Shown piece by piece: positions 30,853-41,233 of a stretch of DNA of 64,000 nucleotides; within the stretch, counting starts at the first letter, position 1, and each line of letters starts with the position of its first letter. A program made the translations under genes and the position numbers. This stretch comes from an uncultured Gemmataceae bacterium (GTDB lineage: Bacteria > Planctomycetota > Planctomycetia > Gemmatales > Gemmataceae). The notes under the pieces are model-generated. The model did no database searches and was not told the origin of the DNA. It saw only the letters and a program-made list of their open reading frames with translations. The stretch spans positions 320,001-384,000 of the forward strand of contig CAVVPN010000001.1 of NCBI GenBank assembly GCA_963750165.1, given 5' to 3'.

Positions 30853-31857
30853 TCAGTCCTTTTCCGGCACGATCCAGATATTGCGGTAATACACCGGGTT
30901 GCCGTGGTTCTGCAGGTTGATCGGCCCCGGCTGGTTGGAAGCGCCGCCCTTCAACTCGACATTGTCGTGAATCAGCACGCCGTTGTGCAGCACCGTGACG
31001 CGCGGCGCGGCGGTCAGCTTGCCCTTGGCGTCGTAGCGCGCGGCCTTGTAGGTGATGTCATAGGTCTGCCACGACAGCGGCGGGTAACACATGTTGACCA
31101 GCGGGGCGGTCTGGCCGTAGATGCCGCCGCACTCGTTGTTCAATCCCTTGAGGCCGAAGCTGTCGAGCACCTGGATTTCATAGCGGCCCTGCAGGTAGAC
31201 GCCGCTGTTGCCGCGGCCCTGGCCGCGCGCCGTCGGCTGGAACGGCGTGCGGAACTCGATGTGCAGCTGAAAATCCTTGAACTTCTTCTTGCTACTCGTG
31301 CCCATCTGCAGCAGGTCGCCCTCGACGATCTTGCCGCCCTGCCACTCGTCGGCGTTCTTGCCGTCGAAGAGGACGACGGCGCCGGATGGCGGCTGCTTGC
31401 CGAGCGTCGGGCTCTTGCGCAGGACGTGCTTCAGCGAAAATTCCGCGCCGGTGTCGCTCTTGCCGCTCAGGGTGACGGCACCCTTATCATAGAAGCCGCC
31501 GCTCCACTTGCCGTCCAGTTTCGCCGGCATCGTCGTGCCGTCGGGGGTGCGGTCGATCCTGGCGTTGACCTTGGTGCGCGTCTTGCCGTCCCAGCCGGCG
31601 CCCGGCAGGCCGCCCGGCAGGAAATTCACTTCGAGTTTGTCATTGCCCAGCGCGATCACCTGGGCGCCGTACTTCTGGCCGCCCAGAGTGCCTTCGTACT
31701 CGCCTTGCAGGGCGAACTCGGTCCCGGCCTTGCCCGGGTCGAGGAAGACGGCGGGCTTCTTCTTGTCCGGTTGTTTCTTGTCCTGGGCGGCGTGGCCGTT
31801 CGCCAGCGCGGCGAGCAGCGCGACCGTCACGAGGGTGCCGACATGGTGGAATCGCAT
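30853..31857 (-). CDS. DUF1080 (3-keto-disaccharide hydrolase-like) secreted protein
   Basis: VVLFDG, LHIEFR, RGNSGVYLQGRYEIQVLDS, LQNHGNPVYYRNIW. Confidence 0.9.
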   Translation of the reverse strand: MRFHHVGTLVTVALLAALANGHAAQDKKQPDKKKPAVFLDPGKAGTEFALQGEYEGTLGGQKYGAQVIALGNDKLEVNFLPGGLPGAGWDGKTRTKVNARIDRTPDGTTMPAKLDGKWSGGFYDKGAVTLSGKSDTGAEFSLKHVLRKSPTLGKQPPSGAVVLFDGKNADEWQGGKIVEGDLLQMGTSSKKKFKDFQLHIEFRTPFQPTARGQGRGNSGVYLQGRYEIQVLDSFGLKGLNNECGGIYGQTAPLVNMCYPPLSWQTYDITYKAARYDAKGKLTAAPRVTVLHNGVLIHDNVELKGGASNQPGPINLQNHGNPVYYRNIWIVPEKD

Positions 31858-31987
31858 CGCAGCATCTCCGGGCAGGTGGGGAGGCGGGGCGCCTCAACGG
31901 GCGAGCCAGTGGCGGGGTTCGTTCTGGCGGGGACTTTCCGTCATTTAAGCAGAAATGCAGCGGGACACCAGCGAAAAAGGGAGAAAT

Positions 31988-33442
31988 TTACGCGGTCGGC
32001 AGCCGGTCGAGGACTTCGCGGGCCTGCCGGAAGACGGCGGCAAGGCGCTGCCGCTGGGCGTCGGTGTCGCAGCGGGCAAATTGGATTACCCAGGCCAGCG
32101 CGAGATCGAATTGCTTGATGAATTCAAGCACAGTGAATCGTGGGGCGAGGACGGGCCGATCCTCCAGGCGGACGAGCACAGGAGAAGTGTGGGCGACCGG
32201 CCGCTCCGCACTGTCGTGCCAGCAACGGGCCGCTAGCCACCCATGCTGATCAACGGCAAGTTCCTGGTCCAGCGTCGCGGTACAGGGCGAACCACTGCCG
32301 ACGCTGCTTGCGACCACGCCCCCGTTGGCCACCAGTTCCAGGCGGTCAAACGCTGTCAAACTACGGGCCTGTGCCTGAACGTGTACCGTTCGCTTTGCTG
32401 CCGGCAGAGTGACGCGACCTCCCGGTTCCTGGCCGTCCACGGTGAGGGCCATCAGGGGGCCTTCTGTGGCGTAGGTGCGGCCCGCGCGTATAGCCTCGAT
32501 CCAGTTTGAGTAAGTCAAATCCTCACCGGGGCGTAAGCGGGCGTAGGTCCGCACCCGCCCCAGAGGGCCTTTGCGCCGGCTACTGGCCTCGCAGAGCGGC
32601 GCCCGGAGGCCGCAGTTCAGGAGGGCGTACCAGTCGCGGAGTTGTTCCAGCGCGCCGCACACGGCATCGATCTTCCCGAGGATCAAATCCGCCAGGGCCT
32701 CTTCGACCGGCCGGCCTTCCGACATCGGCCACGGCCAGAAGTTCACCCAGACTACCAGGCCGCCTTTACGGTGGCACTGGTCACACCAGTCGGCGAGCGT
32801 CCAGTTGTCTTGCGGACAGCCAAAGCACAGCGGGTATACGACGCGGTGGGCGTTGAGCAGGGCCAGTCGCCCCAGCAGGTCATGCGCGTTCAGCGTGTTG
32901 ACGACCACGAGATGGCCGGGCAGGGCCAGGGCGGGTTGCTGTCCGCTGAATGCCAGCAAATTCTGCACGACGCGCCCGTCCTGGGCGGGCCGCTCCTCCG
33001 CCAGCAGGTTGACGACCGCCAGATCCTCGCCGGCTCCTTCCAGCAGGGCGCCATGGGGTGTCAGGTTGTGTGCCCCAAGTTCCCCGGAAAACCAACCCGC
33101 CGTGCGCTCATCGGTCCAGCGTTGAATCGCCAGGCGGAGGGCCAGTTTTCCGGGGCCGAGCCGGATCGTTTCCGCGAACGGCAGATACTCCGGCCCCTTG
33201 TGGATTTCGATGTGCACCGGGCCGACCGGCAGTTGGATTTCACAGGCGCCGTCGATGTAGGCGAATAACTTTCCGTCCACCCGGACGTTGCCTTCGCAGT
33301 CCCAAACGCCCAATCGCTGCAGTCGTCCGAACGGCGCATAATACGTCCCGTCCGGCCCCGTGCAGCGAATCCGCACCGGCGTCGGCTGCCCTGTGGCCGC
33401 GTCGTTGACGCGCAGATGCACCGTTTGAAGCGTCGCGCTCAC
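31988..33442 (-). CDS. CehA/McbA-like metallohydrolase
   Basis: HKGPEY, WCDQCHRKGG, WYALLNCG, GRVRTY, AHTSPV. Confidence 0.7.
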   Translation of the reverse strand: MSATLQTVHLRVNDAATGQPTPVRIRCTGPDGTYYAPFGRLQRLGVWDCEGNVRVDGKLFAYIDGACEIQLPVGPVHIEIHKGPEYLPFAETIRLGPGKLALRLAIQRWTDERTAGWFSGELGAHNLTPHGALLEGAGEDLAVVNLLAEERPAQDGRVVQNLLAFSGQQPALALPGHLVVVNTLNAHDLLGRLALLNAHRVVYPLCFGCPQDNWTLADWCDQCHRKGGLVVWVNFWPWPMSEGRPVEEALADLILGKIDAVCGALEQLRDWYALLNCGLRAPLCEASSRRKGPLGRVRTYARLRPGEDLTYSNWIEAIRAGRTYATEGPLMALTVDGQEPGGRVTLPAAKRTVHVQAQARSLTAFDRLELVANGGVVASSVGSGSPCTATLDQELAVDQHGWLAARCWHDSAERPVAHTSPVLVRLEDRPVLAPRFTVLEFIKQFDLALAWVIQFARCDTDAQRQRLAAVFRQAREVLDRLPTA

Positions 33443-34275
33443 TGGTACTTCGCCCCAACCCGGTCAAGAATCTGCTTGAACGCCACCACCGCCTGCGGGA
33501 ACAACTCCGGCCCTGTGGCCCCACCTTTCGCGTCGCCGCCGAGCAGGTGCGGCTCCAGCGTCGCGAATCCCGTGTAGCCCGACTTCACCGCGTCCGCCAT
33601 CACGTCGGCGATGCGGCCCTGCCCCGCGCCCGCGACGACGCCGTGCTTCTCGCCATGCACCCAGTCCTTGATGTGGAAGTGGACCGTGAAGGGCTTCGTC
33701 AGTTGCCAGGCGCGCCACGGGTCGAAGCCGTCCACGACGTAGTTGGCCGGGTCGTAGACTGCCGCCAGCGGCTGGCCGTCCACCTGTTCGTTGACCGTCT
33801 CCATCAAATCGCGGACGCGCTCCGGGTCGTCGCCGTAGATGCCGTGCTCGTTCTCGTGCAGCAGCCGCACGCCCGCCTGCTGCGCGATCTTGACCTTCTG
33901 CCACATGCGGTCGAGCACCTCGCGCCGCCAGTCGTCCCACTCGCCCTCTGGCGTCTTGTAGTAGCTGAAGATGCGGATGTTCGGCGTGTCGAACACTTGG
34001 CACAGCTCGACCGCCCGCTTGAAGCGCTGCAGGTGCGGCTCGAACGACTGGTCGATACTTACCTTGCCGATCGGCGAACCGATGGCGCTGAGGCGAAAGC
34101 CTTCGCGGTCCAGCAGCGACTTCAGCTCACGCACTTGCAGGTCGGTGAGGTCGAGGACGTTGGTGTGCAGGATCGAGCGCAGCTCGATGTGACGGACGCC
34201 GCAGGCTTTCAGCACGTCAATTTGCTGCTGCGGGTCGGGGGAGATTTCGTCGGCGAAGGCACTCAGGGTGAACAT
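33439..34275 (-). CDS. Sugar phosphate isomerase/epimerase (TIM barrel)
   Basis: SAFADEI, IGSPIGK, HENE, YDPAN, HIKD, LEPHL. Confidence 0.9.
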   Translation of the reverse strand: MFTLSAFADEISPDPQQQIDVLKACGVRHIELRSILHTNVLDLTDLQVRELKSLLDREGFRLSAIGSPIGKVSIDQSFEPHLQRFKRAVELCQVFDTPNIRIFSYYKTPEGEWDDWRREVLDRMWQKVKIAQQAGVRLLHENEHGIYGDDPERVRDLMETVNEQVDGQPLAAVYDPANYVVDGFDPWRAWQLTKPFTVHFHIKDWVHGEKHGVVAGAGQGRIADVMADAVKSGYTGFATLEPHLLGGDAKGGATGPELFPQAVVAFKQILDRVGAKYQ

Positions 34276-34330
34276 GGATCGGCGCTCCCATTATCGTGCG
34301 ATGGGGTTTCTCAGGGCCGCGGTCCCAGCT

Positions 34331-34376
34331 GACCCCGTTTACGTTTCGCGCGGCGCCGCGAAACGTAAACGGGGTC
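34331..34376. repeat. GTTTACGTTTCGCG-family REP palindrome
   Basis: gaccccgtttacgtttcgcg...cgcgaaacgtaaacggggtc. Confidence 0.85.
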
Positions 34377-34416
34377 GAGAAGCGTTCGGGGTGAGAACAA
34401 CTTACCGCCCGGTTCG

Positions 34417-37400
34417 TTAACCGACAACCTTCAGCTGCACCTTGTTCGCCAGAAACGTCCGCTCGCCCGCGGAGCCGAAGCGAATCTTGACCTTGGCCAG
34501 CGCCCCGTGGCCGCTGACCGCCGTGATGCGGCCGCGGCCATAGGTCGCGTGCTCGACCAGCATGCCCTCCCGGTACGCCCCACCGCCGCCCTCCTCCTTC
34601 TTCGACCGCGGCGCCACGCCGGCATCGATCCAGCCCTGCTCCGCCGCCGGACCGCCGCCGCGCCAGGCGTCCATTGCGTGCCGCGTTCCGGCCGCCGCCG
34701 CGGACAGGTCAATCGTCTGCACGCGCTCCTGCGGCAACTCCTCCAGAAACATGCTCGGCACCGCGTACAGCGTCTGGCCGCGAAACTCGCGCAGCCGGGC
34801 GTGCGTCAGATACAATTCCTCCCTGGCCCGCGTCATGCCGACGAACGCCAACCGCCGCTCCTCCTCGACCTCCTCGTCCTTCGTCAGGCTGCGCTCGTGC
34901 GGCAAAATGCCCTGCTCCAGCGCGGCCAGGTACACGACCGGGAACTCCAGGCCCTTGGCCGCGTGCATGGTCATCACCGAGACGGTGTCCTGCTCCTCGT
35001 TCCAGCCGTCCACGTCGCTGGCCAGCGTGACGTTCTCCAGGAAATCCGCGACGGTGCGGTTAGCGTCCTCCTCGCTGAACTGCTTGGCGGCGGTGATGAG
35101 TTCTTCGATGTTGGCCAGGCGCTCGGCGTCCTCGGTGTCGGTGCTGTCCTTGAGCATGCGGCGGTAGCCGCTGCGGTCGAGCACTTCACGCAGCAGGTCC
35201 GCCGGCGGCCGCTCGATCAACTGGCGCAGCTCGGCGATCATGACGCCGAACTCGCGCAGCGCCGTCGCCGCCTTGCCCTTGATCTGCGGGATTTTCGCGA
35301 CCTCCGCGGCGGCGCTGAGCAGGCTCAGTTCGCGCGGCCCGGCGTAGCGCTGCAGGTGCTCCAGCGTCACCTTGCCGATGCCGCGGGCCGGCTCGTTGAT
35401 GGCGCGCAGGAACGACAGGTCGTCACGCGGATTGAGCAGCAGCCGCAGGTACGCGAGCACGTCCTTGTTTTCCTTGCGGTCGTAGAACGCCAGGCCGCGG
35501 ACGATCTGGAACGGCACCCGATGCTTGACGAACGCCGTCTCCAGCGTCCGCGACAGAGCGTTGATCCGCAGGAAAATCGCGATGTCGCGGTAGTGTCGTT
35601 TGTGCTGCTTGACACTCTCGAGGATGCGGCGCGCCAGCCCCTCGGCCTCGTCCATGCCGGTCTCGTAGGTGAGCAACGTCACCGGCTGGCCCTGCGGATT
35701 CTCGGTCACCAGATCCTTGGGTTTGCGCTGCTTGTTGTGCGCGATCAGCGTGCTGGCCGCGTCGAGGATGGCTTTCGTGCTGCGGTAATTGCGGTCCAGG
35801 GTGATGACGCGGGCGTCGGGGAAGTCGCGCTCGAAATCAAGGATATTACGGATGTCAGAGCCGCGGAACTTGTAAATGGAGTTGTGGACGACCAGGCCGT
35901 TGGCGACGAAATTATGCGTCTCCGGCACGGACAGGTCGTACACCGGCCCCTCGTAGTCTTCCCACTCCACGGACTCGACGCGCCGGTTCACCACCCGGCC
36001 GTCCACCAGCACTGGCACCGCCATGCCGGGTTGCAGGTGGCTGGCGGGCATGAAGGGGAAGGCGGTGTCCTGCGTCAGTCGAGCGCGGGGCACCAAGTCC
36101 GTGTCATCGAATTTGCCAATCTCTTCGGCCAGGGCAAGTCCGTCCGCGTAATGTTTGCGGGACGTTTCGATGCGCCAACTTCCCCGATTGCCGTCGCGAA
36201 CCGAGAATCGTGCCGCCGCCTTCGCACGCAACTCCTCGCCCGTGGTCACCATTGGAACGCGGTGGTAATGCCATTTTTGCAGGTCGGTGGAACGGTGATC
36301 GCCGAACAGCGTGAACAGTACGTACCGCCGCGCCCAGGTGCCGCGGGTGATGCCGCCCGGCCGGTGGTGCGGGTAACGGCGGTCCAGGTGCAGGTCGGCC
36401 ATCAGGCGCAGCGCCCCGGCCTCGGTGTCAATGTCGCGGTACAGCCGGTCAATCCAGTCCTGGGTCATCTCCATGCGCCGGCCGCGCACGAAGAACACCA
36501 TCGTTGGGATGCCGTAGCGGACGGAGTAATAATGCTCGTAAAACCGAGCCTCCGCCGCCGCCGGACAGGTTCGCAAAATCCAAATCGCGTCCGCCACCTC
36601 CTGATTGGTTCGGACTTGCAGCCCGGACATGATGATGCCGTCCTTGCTGGTCCGCACCCCGCGGGTGGTGCCAATGCGATAGCCGACGCCCCTCTTCCAC
36701 ATCAGATACGTGAAGTGCGTGGACGGTGAAGCGGTGAGCAGACCAAAGCAAAGATGGTTCGGCGTAGCGCGCACCGTGATGCCGCCCTCGACGTGCAGCT
36801 TCACCAGGCGGCCCCTGTACGGGTTCACCATCACCTTGTCGATCGGCATCGGGCCGGCATCACCCCAGCCGGTGCCCGAAGTCACCTCGTCCCCTTCGCG
36901 GAGCGTCTCGATGGGCCGCGGCCCTTGCGGGGTGGTTACCATCGTCCCCGGCGGCAGACACTGATCCGGGTCCCCGACCACGCACAGGTTCGGCTGATCG
37001 ACGGACAGCCCGCGGGCGATGGCGTACTGCGCCTTGTTGGTGTCCTGGTACTCGTCGATGAGCACGAAGCGGAAGCGGGCGTCGAGTTCCGCGCGCGTCT
37101 CGGGGTCGTTCTTCAGCGCCAGTGCCGGCCAGTAGAGCAGGTCGTCGAAGTCCATGGCGTTGGACTCGCGCATGCGCTTCTCGTAGTGCGGGTAGACGCG
37201 GGCCACCACCTGCGTGAAAAAGTTGTCCGCCTTGCTGGCGTACTGCTCCGGGCCGATCAACTGGTTCTTGGCCTTGCTGATGGCGCTCTGGATGGTCTCG
37301 GGGCTGAAGCGCGATTGGTCCACGTCGGCGGCGTCGAGGGCGCCCTTGACCACCTTGAGGCGGTCGGTCTGGTCGTAGATGGTGAAGTTGCGGTCCAGGC

Positions 37401-37710
37401 CGAAGCGCTCGCCGTACTGCCGCAGCAACCGCACGCCCAGGCTGTGGAAGGTGCTGATCCACACCGGACTGTTCGGCATGAGCGCCTCAACGCGGTGCCG
37501 CATTTCGCCGGCGGCCTTGTTGGTGAAGGTGATCGCCAGAATCTGCCACGGTTTGACGCCCTGGTCGATCAGCCAGGCGACGCGGCGCGTGATGACGCGC
37601 GTCTTGCCGCTGCCGGCGCCGGCCAGGATCAGCAAGGGGCCCTCGAAGTGGGTGACCGCCTCACGCTGGGCGGGGGTCAGGTCGGCGAGCAGGTCGGCGC
37701 GGCGGCGCAT
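34417..37710 (-). CDS. pcrA: ATP-dependent DNA helicase PcrA/UvrD containing an intein
   Basis: AGAGSGKT, TFTNKAA, DEYQD, GDPDQ|intein|SIYKFRG, NYRS, HAAKGLEF, EERRLAFVGMTRA. Confidence 0.95.
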   Translation of the reverse strand: MRRRADLLADLTPAQREAVTHFEGPLLILAGAGSGKTRVITRRVAWLIDQGVKPWQILAITFTNKAAGEMRHRVEALMPNSPVWISTFHSLGVRLLRQYGERFGLDRNFTIYDQTDRLKVVKGALDAADVDQSRFSPETIQSAISKAKNQLIGPEQYASKADNFFTQVVARVYPHYEKRMRESNAMDFDDLLYWPALALKNDPETRAELDARFRFVLIDEYQDTNKAQYAIARGLSVDQPNLCVVGDPDQCLPPGTMVTTPQGPRPIETLREGDEVTSGTGWGDAGPMPIDKVMVNPYRGRLVKLHVEGGITVRATPNHLCFGLLTASPSTHFTYLMWKRGVGYRIGTTRGVRTSKDGIIMSGLQVRTNQEVADAIWILRTCPAAAEARFYEHYYSVRYGIPTMVFFVRGRRMEMTQDWIDRLYRDIDTEAGALRLMADLHLDRRYPHHRPGGITRGTWARRYVLFTLFGDHRSTDLQKWHYHRVPMVTTGEELRAKAAARFSVRDGNRGSWRIETSRKHYADGLALAEEIGKFDDTDLVPRARLTQDTAFPFMPASHLQPGMAVPVLVDGRVVNRRVESVEWEDYEGPVYDLSVPETHNFVANGLVVHNSIYKFRGSDIRNILDFERDFPDARVITLDRNYRSTKAILDAASTLIAHNKQRKPKDLVTENPQGQPVTLLTYETGMDEAEGLARRILESVKQHKRHYRDIAIFLRINALSRTLETAFVKHRVPFQIVRGLAFYDRKENKDVLAYLRLLLNPRDDLSFLRAINEPARGIGKVTLEHLQRYAGPRELSLLSAAAEVAKIPQIKGKAATALREFGVMIAELRQLIERPPADLLREVLDRSGYRRMLKDSTDTEDAERLANIEELITAAKQFSEEDANRTVADFLENVTLASDVDGWNEEQDTVSVMTMHAAKGLEFPVVYLAALEQGILPHERSLTKDEEVEEERRLAFVGMTRAREELYLTHARLREFRGQTLYAVPSMFLEELPQERVQTIDLSAAAAGTRHAMDAWRGGGPAAEQGWIDAGVAPRSKKEEGGGGAYREGMLVEHATYGRGRITAVSGHGALAKVKIRFGSAGERTFLANKVQLKVVG
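35881..36960 (-). mobile_element. Intein (360 aa) inserted in helicase motif III
   Basis: Begins CLPPGTMV, block B RATPNH, ends VYDLSVPETHNFVANGLVVHN followed by Ser; splits GDPDQ|SIY. Confidence 0.95.
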
Positions 37711-37830
37711 GTGCGGTTCTCCGGGTAGAAGGGGGTTGGCGTCCTGCGGGAGCAATTCGGATTGTACAGCCGCGGCCGGCGTTTGCTAAGATCGAGCCAG
37801 GCAAACCCACTGGACTCGCGGGGCAGCGTT

Positions 37831-38244
37831 ATGGAAATTGTCGGCATCGGCACGGACATTGTGGAGTGTTTACGCATCGGCCGCATGATCGAGGAGCACG
37901 GCGAACTGTTCCTGACACGCGTGTTCACGGCCCGGGAGATCGGCTTCTGTCAGGCGCGGCGGACAGTGACGGAGCACTTTGCCGGCCACTGGGCCGCCAA
38001 GGAGGCGATCATGAAGTGCCTGGGCACCGGCTGGCGGCGCGGCATCGGCTGGACGGACCTGGAGGTGCGCAACAGTCCGGCCGGGCAGCCGCGCGTCTGC
38101 CTGCGCGGGGCGGCTCGCGACCTGGCCCGGCGGCTGGGCGTCAGCGACATCCTGCTATCGCTGTCGCACTGCCGCGCCTACGCCACCGCCACCGCCGTCG
38201 CGCTGCGCGGCACCCTGCCGGCGCCGCTGGAGCCGGAAGAGTGA
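37831..38244 (+). CDS. acpS: Holo-[acyl-carrier-protein] synthase
   Basis: GIGTDIVE, FAGHWAAKEA, SLSHC. Confidence 0.93.
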   Translation: MEIVGIGTDIVECLRIGRMIEEHGELFLTRVFTAREIGFCQARRTVTEHFAGHWAAKEAIMKCLGTGWRRGIGWTDLEVRNSPAGQPRVCLRGAARDLARRLGVSDILLSLSHCRAYATATAVALRGTLPAPLEPEE

Positions 38245-38304
38245 TCCACCCACCCGAAGCGTCAGCGAGGGCCGCCCTCGCTGACGCTTCGGGTGGGTGG
38301 ATCA
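38242..38304. repeat. REP palindrome CCCGAAGCGTCAGCGAGGG...CCCTCGCTGACGCTTCGGG
   Basis: Perfect inverted repeat spanning both convergent stop codons. Confidence 0.9.
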
Positions 38305-38508
38305 CTTCACCACGTCCTGAATGATCTGCCGGGCGATCTTGTACGCGGTCTTGATGCTGGTGGCCCGGTTCTCCATCTGGCCCTCGTTGAAGTACTTGCC
38401 CGCTTCCGACTCGGGCAGGCCGGCGATGGCCACGGTCAACGGCAACAAACTCATGAACTCACGGGCCTTCTGCGCCTGGCGATCGGCGCTGCCTTCGCTG
38501 GTGCTCAT
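38302..38508 (-). CDS. Small hypothetical protein
   Basis: 68 aa (AREFMSLLPLTVAIAGLP...YFNEGQMENRA); GGAG upstream. Confidence 0.75.
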   Translation of the reverse strand: MSTSEGSADRQAQKAREFMSLLPLTVAIAGLPESEAGKYFNEGQMENRATSIKTAYKIARQIIQDVVK

Positions 38509-38594
38509 CGGTTGATACTCCGTGCGTGTCTCAACTTGAAGTGGGGCGACCCCCGTAGACTACCGCAAAGGCCGGGGCCGCTCAAGCGGGTTGC

Positions 38595-39194
38595 TCACAG
38601 CTGATTGAGGCCGATACGGCGGTGCAGATTGTCCACCACCCAGTGAAAGGCGGTCAGGTGGATGGACTCGACGATGCCCATGTCGTCGAGCGGCACGTGC
38701 AGGCTCTGCTGGGCCAGCGTCCGCAGTTTGCCGCCAGTGAAGCCGGTGCAGCCGAAGGTGCGCAGGTCGTGGCGGTTGGCCCACTCGACGGCGCGAAGGA
38801 TGTTCGGACTGTTGCCCGAGCCGCTGATGGCGATGAGCAGATCGGCCGGGTTGGCCAGGTTCTTGAGCTGCTCGACGAAGACGCGATCAAAGCCCTCGTC
38901 GTTGGCCCAGGCGAGGATGTAGGGCGTGTTGTCGGTAAGACTGAGGATGCGCAGCCGTTTCTTGGCGTCGTTGTCGAAGTCCTCGCGTGTCAGCGTACAC
39001 TTGCCAAGATCCTCGCAGAAGTGGGAGGCGTTGGAGCCGCTGCCGCCGTTGCCGATCACGTAGACGGTGCGGCGGTGCTGGTAGCAGTCGAAAATCGCGT
39101 CGGCCAGCGCCCGAACTTCCGCGGGGTTGATGCGTGCCAACTCCTGGCTGACACGCTGCAAAAACGGGCTCACATCGAGATGAACGCCGAGCAT
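38595..39194 (-). CDS. SIS-domain sugar isomerase (GmhA-like)
   Basis: GNGGSGSNASHF, AWAND, ISGSGNSPN, ESIH. Confidence 0.88.
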   Translation of the reverse strand: MLGVHLDVSPFLQRVSQELARINPAEVRALADAIFDCYQHRRTVYVIGNGGSGSNASHFCEDLGKCTLTREDFDNDAKKRLRILSLTDNTPYILAWANDEGFDRVFVEQLKNLANPADLLIAISGSGNSPNILRAVEWANRHDLRTFGCTGFTGGKLRTLAQQSLHVPLDDMGIVESIHLTAFHWVVDNLHRRIGLNQL

Positions 39195-39299
39195 CGGCAG
39201 GGTCTCCGGGGTCCACGGCCGCGCGGACTATGCGCGGCGTCGTCTCATCATAGCGAATGCCCCGGCGCCGGGGCCAGAGCGCCTGGCCGGTCGCACACG

Positions 39300-39776
39300 T
39301 CAGCGTTTCGCAGCGTTGGCCTTGGGGGCCTGGTACGTGCGCTGGTCGCGTGTGACGCGGCGGTCGGTGCGGCGGTCGTTGGGCGAGACGTTCAGCACGC
39401 GGATGGCCTTCTCGCTGTTGGACACCTTGAAAATGCCTTGCACCTTGCCGTTGCGGCCGCCGGAGCTGCAATAGGCATAGTCGATGTTGATGTGCTCCTT
39501 GGCCAGGATTTCGCAGACGTGGGCCAGCGCCCCCGGCTGGTTGCGCAGGTCCACCAGCAGCACCTCCGTCTCGGTACAGGGCGTGTTCAGCGCCTTGACC
39601 ACCTTTTCCGTCCTGTCGAAGTCCTCCGTAACGATGCGCAGGACGCTGTGCTCGTGCCGGTCCATCACGGTCAGCGCGATGATGTTCACCTTCTCTTGCG
39701 CCAGCGACGCCAGCACGCTGGCCAGGCGACCCGGCTTGTTTTCCAGGAAAATCGTGATCTGCTTGGTCGTTTGCAC
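39300..39776 (-). CDS. Tandem ACT-domain protein
   Basis: FLENKPGRLA and NQPGALA...INIDYAY. Confidence 0.88.
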   Translation of the reverse strand: MQTTKQITIFLENKPGRLASVLASLAQEKVNIIALTVMDRHEHSVLRIVTEDFDRTEKVVKALNTPCTETEVLLVDLRNQPGALAHVCEILAKEHINIDYAYCSSGGRNGKVQGIFKVSNSEKAIRVLNVSPNDRRTDRRVTRDQRTYQAPKANAAKR

Positions 39777-39899
39777 GGCGGCCCTCCTTCGTCATTGTTG
39801 CCGGCGCCGGCGGGCGGCCGGCGGCTTGGTAGACTTGACCCCAACCATTGTAAGTTGCCGCGCTCCACACGGCCAAGGAAAAGTGAGGGGGTAAGGGGG

Positions 39900-40082
39900 T
39901 GCGCCCAGGGCATGGTCGGCCGGCTCGTGGGCGACTTCTTTTTTGAGGCGGCGCCGGCCGCGGCCCAGCTGGTGCGGGCGACGCTGCCATCGACACACCA
40001 CAGGTCGTAATCGATCTGGCCGCGCTCGTCCAACTGGGTCTGCAGCGCCGCCAGGATGCGGTCGAGCAGGCCGCTTTGGCGC
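39900..40082 (-). pseudogene. IS5-family transposase fragment
   Basis: SGLLDRILAALQ..LDERGQIDYDLWCVDGSVAR...AAAGA..KK / EPADHALG; both ends missing. Confidence 0.7.
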
Positions 40083-40291
40083 AGAGATGCTCCTACGCCA
40101 GTTCGGTGTGACCTACGGCTCGCGGGCCAGGCGCCGCTGGTTCCTGTGGGAGTAGCGGAGGCCCTGATCCACCCCGTCACGGTCCTCCACCAGGGGAGGG
40201 AGAAAAATCAAGGCGCTCCCGTATCAGGTCCGCTTCCTCGTATATTAAGATCACAGGGAACGGTTTGGCCAAAAAAAAGTGGGAGGTGGTC

Positions 40292-41233
40292 GTGCGTCAG
40301 TGTCTCGTCACCGGCGGCGCGGGGTTCATTGGTTCACACCTGGTGGAGGGACTGCTGGCACGCGGCGACCGCGTGCGCGTGCTGGACGACCTCAGCACGG
40401 GTAAGCTCGCCAACCTGCAGGGCCTGGAAGAGCGCGTGGAGGTGCTGCGCGGCAGCATCACGGACGCGGCGCTGGCGCGGCAGGCAGTGCAGGGCTGCGA
40501 GGTGGTGTTCCACCTGGCGGCGCTGCCGTCGGTGGCGCGCAGCGTCGAGGAGCCGCTGGCGAGCCATGAGGCCTGCGCCACCGGCACGCTGCAGGTGCTG
40601 GACGCGGCCCGGCAGTCGGGGGTGCGGCGGGTGGTGTACGCGGCCAGCAGCAGCGCGTACGGCGACAATCCGGGGGCGGTGCGGCGTGAGGACGAGCCGG
40701 TGTCGCCGCTGTCGCCTTACGCCGCCGCCAAACTGGCCGGCGAATTTTACTGCCGCTGCTTCACGGCGGTCTACGGCCTGGAGACGGTGCGGACGCGCTT
40801 CTTCAACATCTTCGGTCCGCGCCAGGATCCGCGCAGTCCGTACTCCGGCGTGATCGCCATCTTCATCGCGGCGCTGGCCGAGGGCAAAACGCCGCGCATC
40901 GACGGCGACGGTTTGCAGTCGCGCGACTTCACCTACGTGGCCAACGCGGTGCAGGCGGTCCTGAAGGCAGCGGACGCGCCGGCAGCGAACGGCAACGTCT
41001 ACAACGTCGGCATCGGCAGCAGCACCAGCGTGCTCGACCTGGTGAAGCACCTCAACGAGATTCTCGGCAAAAACGTGCAACCGCTCCACGGCCCCGCCCG
41101 CGCCGGCGACGTGCGCCACTCGCAGGCGGACATCACGCTGGCGCGCCGCGACCTCGGCTATGAGCCGACCGTCCCCTTCCCCGAGGGGCTGCGGCGCACC
41201 GTGGAGTGGTATCTGGCGACACAGGGCGGATGA
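40292..41233 (+). CDS. NAD-dependent nucleotide-sugar epimerase/dehydratase
   Basis: TGGAGFIGSHL, YAASSSAYG, YAAAK, FNIFGPRQDP, RDFTYV. Confidence 0.92.
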   Translation: MRQCLVTGGAGFIGSHLVEGLLARGDRVRVLDDLSTGKLANLQGLEERVEVLRGSITDAALARQAVQGCEVVFHLAALPSVARSVEEPLASHEACATGTLQVLDAARQSGVRRVVYAASSSAYGDNPGAVRREDEPVSPLSPYAAAKLAGEFYCRCFTAVYGLETVRTRFFNIFGPRQDPRSPYSGVIAIFIAALAEGKTPRIDGDGLQSRDFTYVANAVQAVLKAADAPAANGNVYNVGIGSSTSVLDLVKHLNEILGKNVQPLHGPARAGDVRHSQADITLARRDLGYEPTVPFPEGLRRTVEWYLATQGG

